The notes below the pieces were generated by a model that searched no databases, was not told where the DNA came from, and was given only the letters and a program-made list of their open reading frames with translations. This document shows, piece by piece, positions 55,122-64,000 of a DNA stretch of 64,000 bases. The translations under genes and the position numbers were made by a program. The stretch spans positions 11,230,609 to 11,294,608 of the forward strand of contig JAHRHZ010000268.1 in assembly GCA_024137785.1 (NCBI GenBank). The letters run 5' to 3'. This DNA is from Ginglymostoma cirratum. Taxonomy: Eukaryota. Positions within the stretch are counted from its first letter, which is position 1. Every line of letters starts with the position of its first letter.

Positions 55122-55460
55122 GTTTATTCATTCACAGAGTGTAGGCATTACTGGCCCATCCCTAATTGCCCAGAGGGTACTTAAATGTCACCACATTGCT
55201 CTGGGTCTGGAGTCACATGTCGACCAGACCAGGTAAGGATGGCAGATTTCCTTCCCTGAAGAATATTAGTGAACCAGACGGGTTTCTCCCAACAATCAGC
55301 AATGGTTCCATGGTCATCAGTAGACTCTTAATTCCAGAATTTTTTAAAATTCAAATTCTACCATCTACCATGGTGAGATTTGAACCCAAGTTCCCAAAAC
55401 ATTACTAAGGTCTCTAGATTAACAGTCTAGTGATAATACCACTAGATCATCACATCCCCT
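55122..55460 (-). mobile_element. tRNA-headed SINE-like element nested in a CR1 tail
   Basis: Reverse homolog of the head at 4555-4800 (ggttcaaatctcaccatgg); CR1 3' sequence on both sides (54850-55120 and 55460-55520). Confidence 0.55.
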
Positions 55461-57199
55461 AATCTTATTGAATATCAGAAAAGGCTCACGGGACTGAGAG
55501 GCCCACTCCTCCTAATTCTCAGGTTGCTATCAGATTTATCTATTTTTACAGTTGACTCAATGATGACAAAGCCTCTCTTCCAACTTTCCCTTGGTGGGAC
55601 AGTGATGGCATACCAGCATACCAACTTACAGTTGGAAATTGTGGGCTTTCCCATCTTGCTTCTGCCTTTGGATAGGTTCAGCCCAAATTGTCTAAAAATC
55701 ATGCTTCTGGACAAAACCCAGAAACCAGCAAAACAAATAATATATGACCAGTGTCCCAATTTGCAGCATTTTAAATCATGTTTTATGTCTATTCTTTCAG
55801 ATTTCACATCCTAGAACACTGTGATAGTCAGCCTCAATTCTTTTTTTATTTGAGAGTATCAGGTTGACCATGACATTTTTGACATACCCAGAAATGATCT
55901 TGGACTCCTGAAAACTGGCATAAGTCAGTTTTGGGAACAATACAATATCATAGTAGACCTTGTCTTAATTTTAAAGTAACAGTTAAATACACCTGACAAA
56001 TGATGGATGATCTAAACAAGTCTTAGCTATTCAATAATGATTATTATTTACGGTAGAAATCTATATTTAATTCCTTGCTGGGCATTTTGAAAATACTTCC
56101 AAGGATTAACTCATTTTTATTGTCTTGAATGTGTTACCACTAAAAGAAATTAATTGATCTAAGGATTCCTCTGAAAAATGCAAGCCTGTCCTTTCCAGCC
56201 ATTAATGAAATGCTAAAGACCAAGGGCAAATTACCAAATTTGCACAATGCGAACATCTTAATGATTTGGGGACTGGTTGCACTGTTGGCCACTATCTCTG
56301 CAACCCATGTGGTTTTCATCTTTGACACGAACGCATGAAACAGCAACACCTTCTTTCACCAAAACATGTTGAATGAGCAATATCCAGATGTCAACAGCCT
56401 GCCAGCTGTTGTGACAATAGGATACAAAAACTGGACACCACAGTGTTATCTGTATTGTCCACTCCATAATGAAATGTGAAGCAGCAAGATGGGCCTTACA
56501 AAAGTGTTATTCAAACAGCCAGGCAACATGATTGTAGGCAAATAAAATTTCAATTGAAACATGTCTGAAAGCACATGGGAGTGAATTTGGACATGCATAT
56601 GTCAGAGGACTATCACATGCTCAGAGTTTGCAGAACAATAGGTGACCTGTCCATATAAAGGTGGCAGCAGTGAAAGTTCTTCTATGTCCACAACACCACA
56701 GGGACATGGAGCACAGACTGTGGCAAGGGCAAAACCTGCACAGTGCCCTTAAATGCGCTTTTGACAGTGACAGGAGGTTTTGGCAGGCCAGCTAATGTAA
56801 CAAAGCATTTCAGAATGCATATCTGTTCACTGCTGTCCAGAATAGTGCTGCATCCAGATCCACATCTAGGTCCTCTGCAACAGAACCTGCTTGCAACCTC
56901 GCCCTCCAGTCGGCAGGCAAATGAAACGGTCTTTGGCCCCAATTTATGTGCAACTTACTCTTTCTTGGATGACTTGCATGGTGCTGATCCCAACTCTTCT
57001 ATAACTTCTTCTTCACCAGCTTTGTTGTTCCACTCCTTTGTCTTGGGATTACTGTGGTTGGACAGTGAGAGATGTGTAAACATGCTATCAGCAGCTTGAT
57101 CATCATTGCCAAATGGCAGGGTGAGAGTCTGCTAGGAGTTGAGAAGAAGCAAAAAGGTGGGAACATCCTAAATGTTCTCAGTGCCACCAACTGATATGA

Positions 57200-57800
57200 G
57201 ACTGTTGCAGCCGACACCATGATGACGAGAGCCATCTCTCTGCTGGGCTCAGGAGATGAATGTATCCTTGTCGCCCAGCTGTTCTACTCTGCTCTCTTCT
57301 ATTGTGAGCTCCATTGTTCTGCCAGAGAGAGGGTAAAAAGCCAGTGATTGTGCCACACTCTATCTGGATGATCTGTCTACAGTGGATGAATGGTTGAAGG
57401 TGTGAGGAGTGGATGTGAAGCGTGTGTGTGAGGGTGTGATAGAGTATTTGGATTTTACTCAGGAGTCCTGTGTAGGGGGGCCTGCTAAATGAGTAATGGA
57501 GGTTTGGATACATTGAGTGGAGTGAGAGATTGGTCGAGCAGTGAGTAGGAGATGTCAGATGAAGATACATTAATTAACAGTGGCCATCTGTGTGAATTCA
57601 TTTAAGCTCTTGGGGCACTGCTGCCAGGGCCTTAGTCCCAGACTCTGGAAGTTGATCTCTCTGGTCACCCGCTCTCCCTTCGTGAAGTCTCCTAACTCCC
57701 ACCACCATGCCCAGCCCCCCGTAGCAGTGCAGTGATATCTCATCTCTGACTGACTTGCACCGTTAGTGCTGAAAGCATCACGTTCGTCAGTCACTGATGC
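57200..57800 (-). pseudogene. Fossil Harbinger-type Myb/SANT (trihelix) gene with an intron
   Basis: ERVTREINFQSLGLRPWQQCPKSLNEFTQ resembles the W..V...R.W.QC.K..NDL motif. After acceptor ctctctctggcag comes AHNRREQSRTAG...IHLLSPAE, resembling AHNRRE..TGGG...LTP.E. Confidence 0.6.
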
Positions 57801-57949
57801 AATCTCTTTATCCTGCTAGTCCCTGTAGCAAACATCAGCATGTCTTCAATATGTCTTTGATTGTCTGTACCACGTGGTTGGAAAATAGTAATGCTTGTGT
57901 TACCTGATGCAGGCAACTGAGAAAGGGAGACCAGCACAGATTCTTATGT

Positions 57950-58242
57950 ATAATCACCCTGGTTTTATTCTCTTTCATTGGGTAGAAGATACAAAAGTTT
58001 GAGAACGTGTACCAACATATTCAAGAACAGCTTCTTCCTCGCTGTTATCAGACTTATGAACAGACCTCTCATATATTGGAGTTGATCTTTCTCTGCAACT
58101 TCTCTGTAGCTGAAACACTATATTCTGCATTCCATTCCATTACCCTGATGTACTTACGTAACGTACAATTTGTCAGGATAGCTTGTAAAACAATACTTTT
58201 TATTGTATCTTGGTACATGTGACAATAATAAATCAAATCAAA
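57950..58242 (+). mobile_element. Rex/Babar-like LINE 3' end
   Basis: Homologous to the 3' end of the 39211 element; tail caataataaatcaaatcaaa. Confidence 0.75.
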
Positions 58243-58250
58243 AATTAATT

Positions 58251-60708
58251 CTCACAAGCTGGAGAGACCAGTTTTGAGTTTTAGCCATCCCAATCTGAGC
58301 AGGGACAAGCACCTAATGCTCCAGGCATGTAAAAGTGAGAGTGATTGAATTTTGCATCTTCAAATTTCAAAGCTGTACATCGTATATAACTGAAACAATC
58401 ACATAGCACTCTTGAAATTTGAAATATTCATCAGCAATATTTGCAATGGATTATCTTAGTTGCAGGAATCTGAAAATCTTCTTAAAATCTGCTTATACAG
58501 TTGTGCATGATGAGGCAATGTATAGCAAAGCTACGCAAAAGTATCAAGATTTATGTCACAGCCAGAATAAAATGATGGTCCCCCATGTAGCATTGCCGTC
58601 AGCGACCACTTATGTTTGCTATTTAAGTTCTTTGTGCTTGTGGCAACAAAAGAAACTACCTGACAAAGTAGCATCTCTGTTTCTGGAGGCAAGTACATTA
58701 TATCATTAATATATAGATATCACAGTGGTACATAAATCAGAAATCAATGTACTGTACAAAAATAAATCTAGATTGTGTTCAATGTCGCAACATTCAGATT
58801 TGTTTAAACAAATAATTATCAATGGCTATTAATTAGGTTAGTTTCAAAGTGAAATTTCAATGTTAATGGGCCAATGGTAATTTAGCAAATTATCCCACGC
58901 CTTCAGGGTGGTAAAACAAGCAAGGTTTGATTAGCTGGCAGATGCTGTTGTAGATTATAAGAAGAAATTACATAAATCTAACTCAGCAATAAAAATATCT
59001 CCAGGCAGCCATTTGACTGATCATGAAAGAACCTTCAATCCCTTACGCAACTGTTAGACAAAAAATGACATTGCCAGGCCTCATTAACACAGCAGCTGAA
59101 GAAAGTACGTCTTTATAACACAGCTCCTGGGCAAAAGGAGAGAAGCAAAAGTTATTGCAAATGTAGTAAAATCCAGTTGTTGAACAGTCTTTCAATTTAG
59201 GGCTCAGAAACAATTATGCGTTTCAGTGGGAAGTGAAACCCCCATCCGCTCCCCCCACCAACTCCCCATGTTTCACGCATGTGTTTACAATGGCATTGCC
59301 TTATTTACTGTCACATAGGGGCAGGGAGTCTTTTTTTGAGGTTAATTTATAATTTCTCACTGTTATAGGAGCGATCTCAGTTTTTCAAGGTAAAATTTGT
59401 CTTTTTTCATTGTTCAGACCACCCCTTATCATTGACAAAGGTGGTTTTCTAGAGATGCTTTTACTTTGTTGTCAGCAAGACAATATCATAAATTCCCCCC
59501 CCCCAACAAAAATAAAGACAGAATCCCCCGTGTCCTCACATATCACCCCACCAACCTTCGCATCCGCCGTATCATTCTCTGCTACTTCCGCCACCTACAA
59601 TCTGACCCCATAACCAAAGACATATTTCCCTCCCCACCCCTATCTGCCTTTCGTAGGGACCGCTCTGTCCGCAACTCCCTCATCCGATCCACACTCCCCA
59701 CCAACCCCACCACCGCCAGCACCTTTCCCTGAAACTGCAGGAAGTACTACAACTGCCCCTACACCTTCCCCTTCACCTCCATTCAAGGCACAAAACAAAT
59801 GTTCCACATCAGACATGGGTTTACCTGCACATCTGTCAACTTGGTCTCTTGCATCTGCTGCTCCCCATGTGATCTCCTCCACATCGGTGAGACCAAGCAT
59901 AGACTCGGAGACCATTTCGTAGAGCATCTGCGCTCTGTATGCGACAAACAACACCTTCTGCTTGCCAACCAGTTTAACTCCCCAGCCCACTCCCTGAGTG
60001 ACATGTCCATCCTGGACCTAAATATGGAATTCACCAGTTTTAAGATCTCCCCAGCCCTGGGCTCCTTCCATGACCAACCCCCCACCCTCTCATCCTCGCC
60101 TCTTTGACCTGACACAACCTGTCCATCTTCTCTCCCACCTATCCACCCCTCCCATCTCATTGACCAATCCCCACCACTCCCTACATGCACTCACCTATCA
60201 CCATACCACCTACCTTCCCCAGCCCACCCCTCTCTCTCTATTTATTTCCCAGCTCCCTTCCCCTCCCCATTTCTGAAGAAGGCTCCCAACCTGAAACATC
60301 AACTTTCCTGCTCCTCTGATGCTGCCAGTTCCTCCAGTTCCACACTGTGTTATCTCTGACTCCAGCATCTGCAGTTCTTGCTATCCCTGACATCATTTTA
60401 TTCCAGCTGTGACAAAAATATTGATATTTTTGTGTAGCTTTGGTATACATTGCTTCATCATGCATTACTGTATAAGCAGATTTTAAGAAGATTACTCAGA
60501 TTGTCACAACTAAGATAAAACAACGTTGCAAATATTGTTGATAATATTTCAAATTTCAAGAGTGCTGTGTAATTGTTTCAGTACAGGTTTGAAATTGGAA
60601 GGTGCAAAATTCAATCCCTCTCACTTTTACATGCCTGGACCATAATGTGCTTGTGGCTGTTCAGATCAGGATGGCCAAAACTCAAAACTGGTCTCTCCAC
60701 CTCATGAG
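58251..60708. repeat. Inverted repeat with ~320-bp arms (58251-58577 and 60391-60708)
   Basis: For example ggagagaccagttttgagtttt / aaaactcaaaactggtctctcc and gcactcttgaaatttgaaatatt / aatatttcaaatttcaagagtgc; roughly 80% identity by eye. Confidence 0.85.
59490..60388 (+). mobile_element. 5'-truncated Penelope-like element
   Basis: DRIPRVLTYHP...PPLSAFRRDRS; FTCTSVNLVSCICC...HIGETKHRLGDHFVEH; degenerate hammerhead at ~60273-60300. Confidence 0.85.
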
Positions 60709-61779
60709 TTTCATCATCTGTTTTCATCACATCTAGGCCTGTTCTCTGTTGACCCACGTTGCAGGTAATTATTTATTTGTTTATTTAGCTTTCTTATTCA
60801 GGAAGAATATAATTTGCATTGGTTTGGTTGCAAGTTAGAGTTTTAGTAGGTTCAGATTTAAGTTTTATTGTTATGTGTAGTCAAGTACAGGTACAAGAGT
60901 ACAGTGAAGAGTGTCCAATGTCACCACACATGGCACCATCTTAAATACAAAATCTTAATGATAGAAATAGAAAAATAAACAAATTACAAAGTTATGTAAT
61001 ACAGTCTTTTTAAAGTAAAAGTATAAAAATAAAGAAATAAAGTTAAAATGTCAAACACTACAGTCCCTCCTTGAGCCTGGGGCCTGCAGATACACCAAGC
61101 TGGTCTTTCTCCAAAAGGGCCTCCTCTCCCCCACACTGGGCATGCTTTCACCCGCTCTGTGCTCAGACCAACATGGGCACACCAGACTTCACCGCCGCTC
61201 GCAAGGCTTTGGCCCTGACCGCTGCATCACTGCTGACCGCCAGTGCCACTGTCCCTCATGTCTGAGCGCCATGTCGCTGACTGCCACTGCTACCATTCTT
61301 CATCGCCGGCTGCCTATCACCGCCTTGCCACCGCCGCCATCCGGGCTCGTACTGGGCCCCAGACACTGCCATGCTCTGTCACTGCCACTGTCCCTACAGC
61401 CTCCAAAAGGTAAGTAAGAAACACTTATCTGCCCAGAATCATACATAAAAATATTTCAGGACTGTAACTCAGACATGTTGCTCCAAACTTCATTAATGTT
61501 GCTTTGCTGAATAGCTGCGAAAGCTTACAATTTCAATGTATTATTACACATTACAAGACTATATAATTCCGCAACGCAATGAGTAGTGTGTGTTCGGATC
61601 AAAAATAGTCAATGTCTTTATGCCAGTTCAAGAGGGAATCAATATCATCTTGAATACACTGCTGAACATAAAAGCTTTTTAGTGATGATAGATAATTACC
61701 AATCTTTACTAATGTCATCATAATTGACAATTTTCACAGGAAATCTATAAAGAAAATGGGGATTTACATTTATTGAACA

Positions 61780-62160
61780 GTTTTCTTGGATAAGATGGAG
61801 AAGGCAATACAGCGTCCCACATACTGCACCTCTTTAAGACATAATTGCTGTTTTAATGTTGGGTGTTGTCAGTCAAGTCACACGAAGCAAGATCCCACAA
61901 AAAGGAACACAAAAAAATTCTTTAGTGGTTTGATTGTGGGATTAATGTTGAAAGTACAAGGACAGCACTTCCTTCAAATAGTACCACGGAATATTTTATG
62001 TAAATCTGTGAGAGAAATGGCATGAGAAATGGGCGCTCCAACAGAGCAGCGCATCCACGGTATTGGATTTGAGAACTAGCCCAGATTGTGTACTGAAGTC
62101 TCTGGTCTGTGATTTGTACCAACTCTGACTCAGAATCAAGAGGGCATCGTGAAGCCAAGA
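61780..62160 (-). mobile_element. Degenerate Deu-domain SINE
   Basis: agcaagatcccacaaa...ttcaaatagtaccacgg...ctctgactcaga. Confidence 0.5.
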
Positions 62161-63139
62161 TTGATACCTAAAGACAACAAAAAGTACTGAAAGAGCAAAA
62201 GTTTTCTGGTTGAAGGCCAGTATACAACGCAAATAAAGCAGTTCTTCAAATGATAGCTGACACTTGGAATTGAACAAAATAATGCCCGACTTCATTTTAT
62301 CATGACACAACTTGCATCTGAGAAACAGAGTCCTGCACCTCTACAGTCCACTTCCGTGGAGTCTCAGCTTTCGGTAGCAGTCCATAGAAGTCATAATTCA
62401 TTTCAAAGAAAGAAAGGTACATTGCCTTAAAGGAAGGGTAGAAGCTACTGAACTTTCCCATATTAGACTTCTGAGTAAGCAAGTGATGGCCTAACAGACA
62501 TTAATCATCAATTGTGCTCAATCACACACATTGAAAACAGATTCCAATCTCATTTGATTTGAATTGAATTTTGAATCACCAAATAATGGGCAGAATCTTG
62601 TTGAGAAGGCAGGATTTGATGAATTGCTGGTTGGTTGGTAAGTGACCTGTGCTGACTCCTTTTAAATGCTGCTGATTCCAAAGGCAGTCAGGCATTGATG
62701 AGACTTTCATTTCAGAGTTAAGTCTGCAGGGACAGTGGTGAATAATGAATTAGCCACATGTTTGAGCACCATTCTTCCTTCCCCTAAAGACTTTTTTTTT
62801 ATTTTTGAGTCTCACTGATATTACTGCCTCAATACTGTTAGTGAGATACAGTAGGGACCAGAACAGAAATCAGTGCTTATCCTGCCTGGGGCCCTCCAGC
62901 CCCCAACCCTAGCCCAGCAACACTGTCCACTGACACAAGTGCAGCAGCTCCACAATCTGGTATCACTAAGAATAATGATGAAGTTGCTCTTTTGTCTTAA
63001 AGTCTTAACTGGTTCAGTACTGTTCTTTTGGGAGGAAATTGCCAGCCTCATGTAGTGGCAGAAATGAAACTGTCTCACAGCAAATTCGTCAACATTTAAC
63101 TGTCCTCCAAAGTGGCCAAACAAACCACACTCGGATGTA

Positions 63140-63472
63140 GAGTTATACAGTATGGAAACAGACTCTTTGGTCCAACTTGTCCACACCGACCAAGTTTCCC
63201 AGACTAAGTTGGTCCCACTTGCCCACAACAAGTATCCCTCTAAACCTTTCCTATTCATGTACCTGTCCAACTGTCTTTTAAATGTTGTAACTGTACCTGT
63301 ATCTACCACTTCCTCTGAAAGTTCATTCCACATTTGAACTACCGTCTGAGTGAAAAAAGTTGCCCCTCAGGTCCCTTTTAAATCTTTCTCCTCTCCCCTT
63401 CTAAATATGGCCCTTAGTTTTAAACTCAACCACCCTAAGGATAAGAACTTAGCTATTGACCTTACCTAAACC
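63140..63472 (-). mobile_element. CR1 LINE 3' fragment
   Basis: WNELSEEVVDTGTVTTFKRQLDRYMNRKGLEGY. Confidence 0.85.
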
Positions 63473-63631
63473 TTGGCAAAGAATAACTTGAAGAACACTG
63501 CATGAATTGCAAGGGATCAAGACATTGGCCAATTTTTGACCAGTGATTAATAATGCCAATTAATCAAGTTTCTTATAGGCAGGAGTATTGCTGGAACTGA
63601 GTTCAAGTTGTGATATTGTTACATGTGATTG

Positions 63632-63650
63632 CAGCCACTAGGTGGCACTG
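63632..63650 (+). promoter_or_regulatory. Candidate CTCF site
   Basis: CAGCCACTAGGTGGCACTG matches the CCASYAGRKGGCRS core. Confidence 0.5.
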
Positions 63651-63730
63651 TTGTAGAATATTGGATGTTACTGTACGAAGGAATGAAAAGACAAAAACTT
63701 GCGTTGGAATAGCAGTCATTGAATGGCTCA

Positions 63731-63941
63731 GATAACAAGGTGTAGAGCTGGATGAACACAGCAGGCCAAGCAGCATCAGAGGAGCAGGAAAGCTGATGTT
63801 TCAGGCCTAGACCCTTTTCTGAAGAAGGGTCTAGGCCCGAAACGTCAGCTTTCCTGCTCCTCTGTTGCTGCTTGGCCTGCTGTGTTCATCCAGCTCAACA
63901 CCTTGTTATCTCAGATTCTCCAGCATCTGCAGTTCCTACTC
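63731..63941. mobile_element. 211-bp fold-back Penelope terminal insertion with 15-bp TSD and an intact + strand hammerhead
   Basis: TSD tcattgaatggctca at 63716-63730 and 63942-63956; arms inverted about ~63820; CTGAAGA-AGGGTCTAGGCCC-GAAACGTC. Confidence 0.9.
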
Positions 63942-64000
63942 TCATTGAATGGCTCATATTGTTCATGTTTAGTTAATTGTTCTGACTGTTAGGACGAGTG

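Noticed and set aside
39000-64000. IL20RB exons expected from human synteny
   Set aside because: No recognisable FN3 or cytokine-receptor exon; short divergent exons could have been missed.

Overview
Vertebrate genomic DNA, almost certainly a cartilaginous fish (HE1/V-SINE, Deu-domain SINEs, shark-type CR1, Rex/Babar and Penelope repeats). The only host gene recognised is NCK1 on the + strand: a 713-nt SH3-2/SH3-3/SH2 exon (35381-36093), the terminal SH2 exon (36795-36989) and a ~1.9 kb 3' UTR. The canonical SH3-1 exon is not in the window. A 34-nt coding exon missed by the ORF track (3940-3973, MESVNIIKQFF-G) splices in frame to the large exon and resembles the alternative first exon of human NCK1 isoform 2; a candidate internal promoter lies upstream of it. 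The rest is repeat-rich intron or intergenic DNA. Notable items: Penelope-like fragments carrying minimal hammerhead ribozyme motifs, several TSD-flanked fold-back palindromes, a fossil PIF/Harbinger transposase plus Myb/SANT pair, solo LTRs and a 320-bp inverted repeat. No wholly new biological system could be demonstrated. Repeat boundaries and family names are by eye and approximate.
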